Positions 15,168 through 23,838 of a DNA stretch of 33,110 nt are shown one piece after another. The notes below the pieces were generated by a model that made no database searches, was not told the origin of the DNA, and saw only the letters and a program-made list of their open reading frames with translations. The number at the start of each line of letters is the position of its first letter. Position 1 is the first letter of the stretch. Both the position numbers and the translations under genes were made by a program. This DNA is from a virus (lineage: Duplodnaviria; Caudoviricetes), in IMG/VR virus record IMGVR_UViG_3300027227_000012, positions 1 through 33,110 of that record. One strand, given 5' to 3'.

Positions 15168-17812
15168 TAGCAAGCTTTAGTCGCACCGGTCCAGTTAGAC
15201 CCATTCCATTCGTATGCGACATTAATAATTAAATTCAAATACCAACCAGCAGGCGCAGGATCTGTGCCTAATAGATTTGTAAAGATAGAGTTTCCAGGCA
15301 CACCTATGGCGCCATTGACGTAATAATTATCAATATCAAGAACAGAACAAACTGTTGATTGTGAAGAAGAGTAAGACAACGTAAGCGTTGTTAATGGAGC
15401 TCTAGTTGTTGTGGTTGTAGTTGTTGTAGTTGTAGTCGTTGTTGATGTAGTTGTTGTAGTAGTGGTCGTTGTAGTGGCAGCACACTCAGAGCAACTTCCA
15501 TAAGTGTAATATATGTCACCATTCTGAACGCCAGGTGATGCAGTAGCTGTAATCATAATGCAATCTCCATTGCTATCCTTCACGTAGTTAGGAAGCGATA
15601 GTGGCGCATATCCTTGATACCTCATCAATACAGCAGCACCGCCTACACATTTGGTACCATTATAGTAATAAGTAGGGATAGTAGTTGTAGTCGTCGTCGT
15701 TGTAACACCTGAGCAAGTTAATAGACTTAATATCTGACCTGTATCAGCAATCAAACAAGCATAAGTAATACCTGACTTTCTAACTAAATACCACAAGAAG
15801 GCGCCATCGAATAACGTAGTGGCACCTGCATTGGTGTAAACAAAACTGTTTACTGCCAATGTTCCGGTATGGTAGTGCGTTACATATGTTGGTGTCGATG
15901 TGCAAGCTGATCTAGCTGTAGTAAATCCAGTAACATCTAAATCAAAACCAGTTACAGGTGTTGACGTAGTGGTTGTACTAGTAGTTGTAGTAGTTGTAGT
16001 TCCAGTACATGCGGTGCAGTCGGCATACGTGACAATAGGTGTGATGACATTATAGTATGGGAACGTTGCTGTAGTTGATCCATTTATTCTCCAGCAGTTT
16101 CCATCTGTAGTCTTAACTACTAATGAAGTAGTTATAGGCGTGCCTAATGAATTTCTTAACACAACAGTTAATGAATTATCAACACAAGACGTGGCTGTAA
16201 AATATGTACCGGCAGGAAGTGTAGTTGTGCTAGTTGTTGTAGTAGTTGTAGTTGTACCAGCACAAGTTGATTTTGCAATTATTGTACCCTCCTGATCAAT
16301 CTGTACGCTATAATTAGAGTCATTAATCTGATACCACTTTTTACCTCCCATAAATGGACGTAACCCTTCTGAGTCATAGAACACAGTATCTACTAGGTTT
16401 GGTATATACCCATCGCCATCAAAGTACATCAAGGTAAATGTTGGAATAACTAAACAAGCGTCAGCACCAGACTCTTTAAATTGCTCAACGTCAATTAAGA
16501 AAGGCTTCATGTTGCCTGGATCTGATACAGTGACAGATATAATAGCTGACGAGCTAACGCCAAAGCAATTAGTAGCCCTTATTGTTATTGAGTAAATACC
16601 AGCAGGACAGTTCTCAAAGTATACAGTTCCATTTGAAAAAGTTGCTTGATTGGGTAACGTGCTTGAAAGTAAGTCCCATGACGTTGGGTTATTAATAACC
16701 TCTATACTTACACTTTCAGATGTATTTGTGTTAGCTGTGATTGGGTCTGCAATAATAAACGGAACAGCAAATTCAGAGCATGTGCAACTTTCTTTTGATA
16801 GAACTTCACCAGTCGAGCTTGCAGTTATATAATAAATAGCTGATACACATGTATCTACTACATCAATTAAATGAAGGTATTCATCTCCAACATATACATC
16901 TAATCCAGTAAATGTAGAAAATAATTGATCTCCTATATTTGGAAGCGCATCCACACCATTATGATATATAGCAACATTAGGACATTGAGCGCAAACATTA
17001 GCAGCTGTGCCCTGATCTTCATCAATATAAAACTCAGTTAAATATGGATTAATTTTATTTACAATCCAAGTTGATCCACTGAATGGAGACGATACAATTA
17101 ACCTTGCATCTTCAACTTGTAAATTCTTGTAAAACTCGACAGCTCCAACTCCATTATTAACTAAGCCATTATATGGAGCGACTAAGCCAATGTCTTCTGC
17201 TGGAATTCCTGCAGCTATTAATGCATTGTAATTTGAAGATGAGTTAAGTCCAACGTACTTGGTATCAACAACAATATCTCCATTCCATTCAATCTGATAT
17301 CTAGTCGGCTGATCAGGATCAATGGTATTAAAACTAATACCAGCTCTACCAATTCTATTGCCAAAATTCATATCGATTGACCGGCTATCAGTAGCGCCTT
17401 TATAAGATGCAACAGTGTCCATCTTGTCCTCATAATCCCACAACAAGTATACATACTCGTAGTTATTTGGATTCAAGAATGTAAACTGACCTGTAAACAC
17501 GCCTGCTGAATAAACGACTGGTATTTCGGTAGCTAAGCTAAGTATTGTTGTTTTGTCAGCTGCTGTATATGCAGTGTCTGAAACCAAATAGTATAGTTTA
17601 TTACTTAACGTAGGTGCTAGTTGACGATAGTCAGACAAGACATCACCTGCGACCACAGTGACAACAGATCCATTATATGGAACATAACCAACACCACCAA
17701 TGCCTGTAGATGTATCGAATAGAGCAATAGCTCCACCACTTAACACCACATTATCTATTGTATATGTTGAACTACCTGTATAGCTGAATGATTGCTTAGT
17801 TTTTGAACTCAT
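15167..17812 (-). CDS. Cys-rich, poly-Thr (mucin-like) modular tail/fibre-associated protein (881 aa)
   Basis: Four poly-Thr tracts separate Cys-bounded repeated modules; one Ig-like segment (~16525-16765). Lies directly downstream of, and overlaps, the muzzle gene. Confidence 0.65.
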   Translation of the reverse strand: MSSKTKQSFSYTGSSTYTIDNVVLSGGAIALFDTSTGIGGVGYVPYNGSVVTVVAGDVLSDYRQLAPTLSNKLYYLVSDTAYTAADKTTILSLATEIPVVYSAGVFTGQFTFLNPNNYEYVYLLWDYEDKMDTVASYKGATDSRSIDMNFGNRIGRAGISFNTIDPDQPTRYQIEWNGDIVVDTKYVGLNSSSNYNALIAAGIPAEDIGLVAPYNGLVNNGVGAVEFYKNLQVEDARLIVSSPFSGSTWIVNKINPYLTEFYIDEDQGTAANVCAQCPNVAIYHNGVDALPNIGDQLFSTFTGLDVYVGDEYLHLIDVVDTCVSAIYYITASSTGEVLSKESCTCSEFAVPFIIADPITANTNTSESVSIEVINNPTSWDLLSSTLPNQATFSNGTVYFENCPAGIYSITIRATNCFGVSSSAIISVTVSDPGNMKPFLIDVEQFKESGADACLVIPTFTLMYFDGDGYIPNLVDTVFYDSEGLRPFMGGKKWYQINDSNYSVQIDQEGTIIAKSTCAGTTTTTTTTSTTTLPAGTYFTATSCVDNSLTVVLRNSLGTPITTSLVVKTTDGNCWRINGSTTATFPYYNVITPIVTYADCTACTGTTTTTTTSTTTTSTPVTGFDLDVTGFTTARSACTSTPTYVTHYHTGTLAVNSFVYTNAGATTLFDGAFLWYLVRKSGITYACLIADTGQILSLLTCSGVTTTTTTTTIPTYYYNGTKCVGGAAVLMRYQGYAPLSLPNYVKDSNGDCIMITATASPGVQNGDIYYTYGSCSECAATTTTTTTTTTSTTTTTTTTTTTTTRAPLTTLTLSYSSSQSTVCSVLDIDNYYVNGAIGVPGNSIFTNLLGTDPAPAGWYLNLIINVAYEWNGSNWTGATKAC
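15404..16256 (-). repeat. Four coding poly-Thr (ACN)n tracts at ~15404-15476, ~15680-15703, ~15957-16000 and ~16220-16256
   Basis: The plus strand shows degenerate GTT/GTA/GTC/GTG triplet runs; translations include TTTTTTTTTSTTTTTTTTTTTTTT. Confidence 0.9.
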
Positions 17813-20800
17813 CTTTACCTAACGTTATAATATTAAAATCTGTTCTTGGACCACGTCCTTGAGTTAGTGTGTAGTCTACATATGTACTGCAGTAAAAAAC
17901 TCTAACAATAACACTTCTCTGAGCGAGCGTGGTGTTGTTTTGAATTCTTCCATATATATTTTGAGCACCTACACCTGCTTGGCAGTAAGGAGGAAGCTCA
18001 ACCCAGTTGGTTCCAAATCCATTATTAATCAATGTAATTGACCAACTTGTTGTTCCTGATAATGCAAACAAATACTCAAGGTCTCCTGCTGTATTGTATG
18101 GGAAACTACCAGCTGTTGGATTGATTTGTATGTCGCAAGGTGTGTTTCTTCTAGATGTTGACGCAATGACGTAGTTGTGGTTATATGGATCGTATGCACC
18201 AAGTTTTGCCATGTTTGGAGTGCTGATCATTATATCTCTAAAATAGTCAGACATACCCATTCGAGATATCTGCATTACTTGGTCTCCTTGCATTTGCAAG
18301 ACAACACCTCTCTTAGCATCGGTAAAATACATTCTATCACTCCATGTAGCAAAGCTCTCTGGATTTGATGATATACCAAAATCATAAGGTAGTGCAATCT
18401 GCGTACCAAGTACCTCAGGAACTGAAGCCACTGACCCCCCACCTACGGCATCAACAAGTAAGTTTTTACCATATAAAACTGACGTGATTTTATCTTGGTG
18501 TAATACCACTAGGTCATTTGTTCTAGCGTAAAGTTTTTGGACAGTGCCAAAGTTTTTGTCTAAGTTTTTGAAGTTAGCAATAGATAAATTGAACTCATTT
18601 AATCTGTTAATTGATGAATCCCAACGATACAAGCCACTGTATGTAACCGATGTGTCTTTTATCTGTTGCTCGTAGTCTTCAATAACACCGCTTGCACGTA
18701 GACTATACTTTAACCAAGGCTCATTAAAGCCATCTAATATTCGGTTGGACTCAACACCATTTCCATAGCAATATGCGTTGTAGTCTGAGTTTTTATTGTC
18801 AGTGCTATTCAACTTAATAACAGCTTGATTTAAAGCACCGGACTGATCTTGCTCTAAATTGCTGTTAGATATTTTACCTGGAGCTGATGAACCTGCTGCT
18901 ATATTGATAGTTATTGAATATCTATCTGGCGTGGCAAGTACGGTATAATAGCCAGGAGGTATGTTTGAAGCTGTTACATAAACAGACTGTCCAACATCAA
19001 AATAATGCGGATGCTTTTTACCATTTTGAATAAGCGTAGTGTTTGCCGCAATTGTTGATACATCATAACTCCATAACACCAAGTGGTTGCCTATTTCAAT
19101 TGGATATGTTCTACTCATTTCGTAGTAGATGTCCACATCGTCATTGGCAGGAACTGTCTCAGCTGAAAGTTTAGAATTAGATGGAGTCTGACTTACTTTT
19201 ATATCTACTTTTATTTCATTCCTACTACTTCCGCTATTTTCGCCAAATCCCCTTATAAGCATCCACTTATCAGAACTTGCCGTATTCATCTCAATTACAT
19301 TACTAGTAAATGAGAATGTACTGAAGTTTTGAGTTACATCAATAGCTTCTCTAAATATAACTGTAGATGCATTTACATTTGTACCACTTTGGGTATATTG
19401 ATTAAACGAAGCATAAGCACCTGACTGCCAAAACCACTCTTCTATATCTTTATAGTACTTATCAGCTACCCATGACATTGATGAGGCATTTTGACTAGTT
19501 CCATTTATAGGAGCTCCATCATTTAATATGTTTATAGATATGTCAGCTCCAGGAAAAATTGCACCAGGTCCTTTTATGGCAGCATGTCCACCATATATAC
19601 TTGGATCATAACCAGCAAGGTATTGTCCTGGAGGGGTTGCTGATGAGTTATATACAGGGTCAGGTATCCCATATCCTCCAGTTCCATTTGGTAATGGTGT
19701 ACCTTTAAATTGACCGCTTCCCCTTACATTTATAACCCACTTGTCTCCTACATTGTACCCCAAAGAAGCATCGAATGAAAGCACAACATTAGTATCACCT
19801 GATGTTAATGTTGTTGGAGATGTGCTTATTGGTAAGTTTGCTAACCACCAACTTTGTGACACATCTGTAGTCCATCTAAATGTAGTTGAGCTTACTATTT
19901 CTATAGAAATTCTAACATCTGACAATGATGATGATGTCAATTGATCTATAGATATTCCAGGGCCTGTGTTGACTAATGTAGTGTCACCTGTTGCTGAATA
20001 ATATATAGGTGGAGGTATATAAAAAATACCGTTTTGTAATACTGAAGGAGTTTGAGGTCCTGAACTATTATTATCAGGACCACGTCCACTTCCTTGAAAA
20101 GCAAATGTAACTTGACTAGGAATATCTAAAAATGTATCAACAGCTTCCGCTTTTATTTTAAAATATAAACCCTCTGGGGCATTTGTAATAAATCCAGCTA
20201 TTTTCTGTTCAAGTTCAAGTACCTTAAACTGCTTATTTGAGTTGGTTGGTAATCCAGAAGCAGACTTAAATATAATGTAACCATTAACCTTAATCTTATC
20301 TCTATCAGCTTCATTAATCAAGAAATATCTGAAGTTATCTTTTTTAAAGAATGTAATAGGAAATAGATTATAATATTCAGTCTTTGACTGCTTTACAAAT
20401 AGTCTATATCCGGTTGCCCACTTTGGCGCCTCATTCTTAATGCTAACAATTAATGAGTTTGCTGTGCTTGAGTTAGCTGAAGGTATGTATATTGAGTTGG
20501 ATAAGTCATTAACTGAGTTGTCATTAGTAGTAGTCAATACGGTTGTCATTCGACCATAGTCATCTAAGTAGGCAATACCAATCTCGTAGTCGCGATCACT
20601 TCTCCAAGTTTGTTTAGGATTAGACGTGATTGGTTCATCTACATACTTAACTGTGTAATCAATGTCAATGAAATCATTTGTATTGTATCCAATTAAATCT
20701 CTAAACTGAGTATAGTTACCCATAATTAGTCGACTACCTATAATGTCTTGGGCTAATGCCTTGATTGGTACGTTATCAAATAATCTTGTAACCTGATCAG

Positions 20801-21740
20801 AAGAAAGAGCTGCATAGGTCTTGTTATTCATAAAGTAAAAACTATAATCAGAGTTATCTGGTATACTTAGTTCTTCTTTATTTAATGTCTCAACTATTTT
20901 TACGTTTAACGTCCTAGACTCCCAAACCAATAATTGAATCTCTTTTACAAACTCATTACCAGTCTCAAATGTAACCTGCACTTGGTTAAATTGATTGAGC
21001 ATTCCCTTATTGTCACCAGTCTCTGTATCAATTTGCAACATCTTTGGATTAAATGCGGCAGCAGAAAGTGGAGACATTGAAGAGTATTCATTGTCTAAAT
21101 ATTTATATCGATAGCTAAAGTAAACGAATTTATCCTCAATGTTGTTGGGATTAGAGCTTGATGTTGTCTGTGTGCTTAACGATATGAATGGAGAGTTAAG
21201 GGGAGGCGCAACAATTAAGTTTATGTCATCATCAATCCTAGGATCATCAACACTATAAGTCTTGCATCTATTGATGTTAATCTTTCTAGGTGGGTTTAAA
21301 TTGTCATTCCAAATAAGAAGCCCTCCGCCATTACCGTCGGTAACGTAGTTAACTCCTGTAATTAGGTAGTTAGCATCAAATCCAAGTTGATTAGTGGTAC
21401 TACCTAATACTAACAATGATGTGTTCGTAACTTGGTTGTGCTCAAATATACCCTCAAAGTTATCAGCCTTCACAAACCAATAAAGAAGATTCTCAGCCTC
21501 AACTGAAAGAGCTCCAATAGCAACAGCATTTACAGGTGTGGGTACTTGATATGCAGAAAGAATAGCCGCAATATTTGTCTTTAATGTATTACCTAAGGCA
21601 TTCTGAACGGCACCAATATTTGATCCCTCAGATGTGTCAATAGTAATATTGAGCGCATCACGGTATTCGCCATCCGGTACCAATCTCTCGTCGAGATCTT
21701 TGTTCATCCTACCGGCAAGAAATGTTCTTTGAAACTCCAT
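17796..21740 (-). CDS. Tail stabilization / muzzle protein (P22 gp10-like), N-terminal and central part (1314 aa)
   Basis: N-terminal F..GRMNKDLDERLVPDGEYRDALNI, WNDNLNPPRKIN, FSYRYKYLDNEYS and later GISSNPESFA...YFTDAKRGVVL...GMSDYFRD...GAYDPY are motifs I recognise from crAss-like stabilization proteins. Position follows the ring-protein genes. Confidence 0.75.
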   Translation of the reverse strand: MEFQRTFLAGRMNKDLDERLVPDGEYRDALNITIDTSEGSNIGAVQNALGNTLKTNIAAILSAYQVPTPVNAVAIGALSVEAENLLYWFVKADNFEGIFEHNQVTNTSLLVLGSTTNQLGFDANYLITGVNYVTDGNGGGLLIWNDNLNPPRKININRCKTYSVDDPRIDDDINLIVAPPLNSPFISLSTQTTSSSNPNNIEDKFVYFSYRYKYLDNEYSSMSPLSAAAFNPKMLQIDTETGDNKGMLNQFNQVQVTFETGNEFVKEIQLLVWESRTLNVKIVETLNKEELSIPDNSDYSFYFMNNKTYAALSSDQVTRLFDNVPIKALAQDIIGSRLIMGNYTQFRDLIGYNTNDFIDIDYTVKYVDEPITSNPKQTWRSDRDYEIGIAYLDDYGRMTTVLTTTNDNSVNDLSNSIYIPSANSSTANSLIVSIKNEAPKWATGYRLFVKQSKTEYYNLFPITFFKKDNFRYFLINEADRDKIKVNGYIIFKSASGLPTNSNKQFKVLELEQKIAGFITNAPEGLYFKIKAEAVDTFLDIPSQVTFAFQGSGRGPDNNSSGPQTPSVLQNGIFYIPPPIYYSATGDTTLVNTGPGISIDQLTSSSLSDVRISIEIVSSTTFRWTTDVSQSWWLANLPISTSPTTLTSGDTNVVLSFDASLGYNVGDKWVINVRGSGQFKGTPLPNGTGGYGIPDPVYNSSATPPGQYLAGYDPSIYGGHAAIKGPGAIFPGADISINILNDGAPINGTSQNASSMSWVADKYYKDIEEWFWQSGAYASFNQYTQSGTNVNASTVIFREAIDVTQNFSTFSFTSNVIEMNTASSDKWMLIRGFGENSGSSRNEIKVDIKVSQTPSNSKLSAETVPANDDVDIYYEMSRTYPIEIGNHLVLWSYDVSTIAANTTLIQNGKKHPHYFDVGQSVYVTASNIPPGYYTVLATPDRYSITINIAAGSSAPGKISNSNLEQDQSGALNQAVIKLNSTDNKNSDYNAYCYGNGVESNRILDGFNEPWLKYSLRASGVIEDYEQQIKDTSVTYSGLYRWDSSINRLNEFNLSIANFKNLDKNFGTVQKLYARTNDLVVLHQDKITSVLYGKNLLVDAVGGGSVASVPEVLGTQIALPYDFGISSNPESFATWSDRMYFTDAKRGVVLQMQGDQVMQISRMGMSDYFRDIMISTPNMAKLGAYDPYNHNYVIASTSRRNTPCDIQINPTAGSFPYNTAGDLEYLFALSGTTSWSITLINNGFGTNWVELPPYCQAGVGAQNIYGRIQNNTTLAQRSVIVRVFYCSTYVDYTLTQGRGPRTDFNIITLGKDEFKN

Positions 21741-22649
21741 CTATTTAATCCATTTATCCTTACCTCGCATAGCCATAAGAAGTCGACCAGGATGCATGTT
21801 GCTTAATCTAATCTTAGTATTTCTAAGTAGAGCTGTCTTTTCTTTCTTAACTCTATTTACAATGTATTCCTGCACACCAAACTTATTGTTTAATAGTGCA
21901 TATTTCAAGTAAGCGTAAACGTATTCCTCAGCAAGCTTGTTGATTGTGATAAGAGAATCGTCACCGTTCTCCATGCCATCTGAAATGTATTCAAGTACAA
22001 TATATGCGTACTGAACACCAGACGTGAAGTCAATAACACCAGCTGCTTTATTTACAAAGAACCTTGGGTTTATATTTGCATCAGCTGTCTCTAAACCAAA
22101 GTTATTAGCGATAGGATATCCAAAGTACCACTCTCCTTCATACTCCCAACCCCATTGGTTGTAGTATGGGCCAGGGCCTACGTATAATTGATTCTGTTGA
22201 CGTAGTATGTCTAGCTTAGCCTCACCAATAACTACCTCACCATTTGAGTCAAATACAATGTCACCATTGTTGTCTTGGAGATACGCTGTAGCTGTGATGC
22301 TCTGACGAGACTCTGTAAGTGGATACATTACACCATTTCGGAGCATTGATATCCTTGCATAGTTCACGTAGTCAGGCGGCAATACCATCTTTAATTGATC
22401 ACCAAGCTCAAACTCAAGCACTTTGATATTTCTAAGCGCGTCGTAGTTAAGTTCTTGGATGGCTCTTTTTGCGTGAAAAAGAACAGTATATCGGTCGACA
22501 TTATTTACCAACTTGTCATTGCCAACATAATTCAATATAAAGTTGTTCACTATGTAAGCCAAACTGACGTACTGATAAGACCCCCAATTGGCGTCCTCAG
22601 GAATGTTACCATTGTTGGTATAGTACTGATAGTTAGTAATATATGCCAT
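21741..22649 (-). CDS. Virion structural protein, probable tail ring/adaptor (302 aa)
   Basis: Motifs VLFHAKRAIQELNYD, LPPDYVNY and LEYISDG, of the type seen in tail tubular/adaptor proteins. Coupled to the upstream gene via TAATG; its TAG stop abuts the muzzle ATG. Confidence 0.6.
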   Translation of the reverse strand: MAYITNYQYYTNNGNIPEDANWGSYQYVSLAYIVNNFILNYVGNDKLVNNVDRYTVLFHAKRAIQELNYDALRNIKVLEFELGDQLKMVLPPDYVNYARISMLRNGVMYPLTESRQSITATAYLQDNNGDIVFDSNGEVVIGEAKLDILRQQNQLYVGPGPYYNQWGWEYEGEWYFGYPIANNFGLETADANINPRFFVNKAAGVIDFTSGVQYAYIVLEYISDGMENGDDSLITINKLAEEYVYAYLKYALLNNKFGVQEYIVNRVKKEKTALLRNTKIRLSNMHPGRLLMAMRGKDKWIK

Positions 22650-23368
22650 TATTGTTTTTGTTGAATGTCTTGTACTTCTTCTGCCTTAGCTGCTGCTACG
22701 ACATCTTTATCTCCAATTGATATACCAGAGTATTCGAGGATCTTGATAACCAAGTTAGCAAAGTCATCAAGCGGTAATTCAAAGTCAACGTAATTCGAGT
22801 CACTTGGATTAAAGAACGGATCACCAAATGCATCAACTAAATAAGTCCATTGCGGGTCTCTTGGGTATCTTAAATATTGTGCCGCTATAGATGTAGATGC
22901 ATAAGGCGGCGGAGGTGCTATTGCTGTTGGATATACAATAATTCCACTCTGATCCATTGTGTATACTGGATATGCAGCAGTAGGAGCAGTTAGGTTTGAG
23001 TTTACTAGGTTTAATATCTTACGATGACTAACCTTCTCTACCTCTGTGTTATTATTATAGATTACTTTATCTAAGAAGAAGTAATCATTAGGCAATGTAA
23101 ATCTACTTGTAATGCCATTATATGGTAGTGGCGAAAAAACAGAGAATGAATCTATGACTTCGGCCATATTCTTAGGAATATCTGTATATCCTTCTCCATG
23201 CATTCTAGCATTCTGCTTATTGATTGCATTGCTGTAATTAAACATGTACTGACCAAAAATCTCAAGCTGTGCTTGTTTGGCAAATTGATTAAATTCCAAT
23301 GGCGTAATAAAGCCACGGTTATCCTTGCTGATTATAGAGAGTACTGTATTTCGAACGTCATTGATCAT
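22649..23368 (-). CDS. Probable head-tail connector / ring protein (239 aa from ATG 23368)
   Basis: KDNRGFITPLEFNQFAKQAQLEIF, LPNDY and YLRYPRDPQW motifs; located between capsid and tail genes. The track start at 23386 is a TTG inside the promoter box, so the ATG at 23368 is preferred. Confidence 0.6.
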   Translation of the reverse strand: MINDVRNTVLSIISKDNRGFITPLEFNQFAKQAQLEIFGQYMFNYSNAINKQNARMHGEGYTDIPKNMAEVIDSFSVFSPLPYNGITSRFTLPNDYFFLDKVIYNNNTEVEKVSHRKILNLVNSNLTAPTAAYPVYTMDQSGIIVYPTAIAPPPPYASTSIAAQYLRYPRDPQWTYLVDAFGDPFFNPSDSNYVDFELPLDDFANLVIKILEYSGISIGDKDVVAAAKAEEVQDIQQKQ

Positions 23369-23383
23369 CTGACTGCTTTTGTA

Positions 23384-23391
23384 CAAAGATA
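23384..23391 (-). promoter_or_regulatory. Bacteroidota-type -7 promoter box TATCTTTG
   Basis: TAnnTTTG match immediately after a terminator and 15 nt upstream of the ATG at 23368. Confidence 0.6.
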
Positions 23392-23421
23392 AATAAAAAA
23401 AGGCACTCCATTAGAAGTGCC
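23392..23421 (-). terminator. Rho-independent terminator after the 92-aa gene
   Basis: Minus strand GGCACTTC-TAAT-GGAGTGCC (8-bp stem with one G-U pair) followed by a T run. Confidence 0.8.
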
Positions 23422-23444
23422 CTTTAGTAGTAGTTAGCTTTAGA

Positions 23445-23723
23445 TTAAGCTACGGCAATATCACTTACTGCTTGTGGGACAGTAATTTCATAGACTGGGT
23501 TAGTCCAAGATGTTTGTAATGCATTAGCAATTCCATTTTGGATTGCATCGCGCATACTAAATGCAACTTGAGCAGCATGAGTCAATGTAACAACTTTACC
23601 ACCAGCATAAGTAATTGCAGTAGCAGTGGCAGTAGCGGAAGCAGCATCAACTAAAATAACATTAGTTACTGCAACCAATTGATTACCAGCACTGGTAACC
23701 GGGATAGATAAAAACTTTTCCAT
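23445..23723 (-). CDS. Small Ala/Thr/Val-rich protein (92 aa), possible capsid decoration protein
   Basis: Clean ORF with an A-rich translation initiation region, flanked by its own TAnnTTTG box and terminator; beta-rich, low-charge composition. Function is inferred from context only. Confidence 0.55.
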   Translation of the reverse strand: MEKFLSIPVTSAGNQLVAVTNVILVDAASATATATAITYAGGKVVTLTHAAQVAFSMRDAIQNGIANALQTSWTNPVYEITVPQAVSDIAVA

Positions 23724-23754
23724 TTTCTAAAAATTTAATGGGTTAAACAATGCT

Positions 23755-23762
23755 CAAAGTTA
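23755..23762 (-). promoter_or_regulatory. Bacteroidota-type -7 promoter box TAACTTTG
   Basis: TAnnTTTG match directly after a terminator T tract and 31 nt upstream of the ATG at 23723. Confidence 0.6.
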
Positions 23763-23765
23763 ATC

Positions 23766-23803
23766 AAAAAAAATAAAGGGATATCGATCTTACCTGATAT
23801 CCC
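23766..23803 (-). terminator. Rho-independent terminator
   Basis: Perfect 8-bp stem GGGATATC/GATATCCC (23778-23785 and 23796-23803) with a 10-nt loop, followed on the minus strand by TTTA and a long T run. Confidence 0.8.
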
Positions 23804-23838
23804 ATTACTTCTGTTTCCAATGACTAAATTAGAAGTAG

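Noticed and set aside
15168-15173. Track start (TTG, 15173) for the glycosyltransferase
   Set aside because: The ATG at 15167 overlaps the upstream stop as TAATG, the coupling pattern also used at 22649, 27919 and 30342.
15404-16256. GTT/GTA repeats as a CRISPR array or non-coding tandem repeat
   Set aside because: They are degenerate in-frame Thr codons; there is no constant repeat with unique spacers.
15167-21740. Diversity-generating retroelement target in the tail genes
   Set aside because: No reverse transcriptase and no near-identical template/variable repeat pair differing at adenines was seen in this window.
23369-23386. Track start (TTG, 23386) for the ring protein
   Set aside because: This TTG is part of the TATCTTTG promoter box; the ATG at 23368 fits better.
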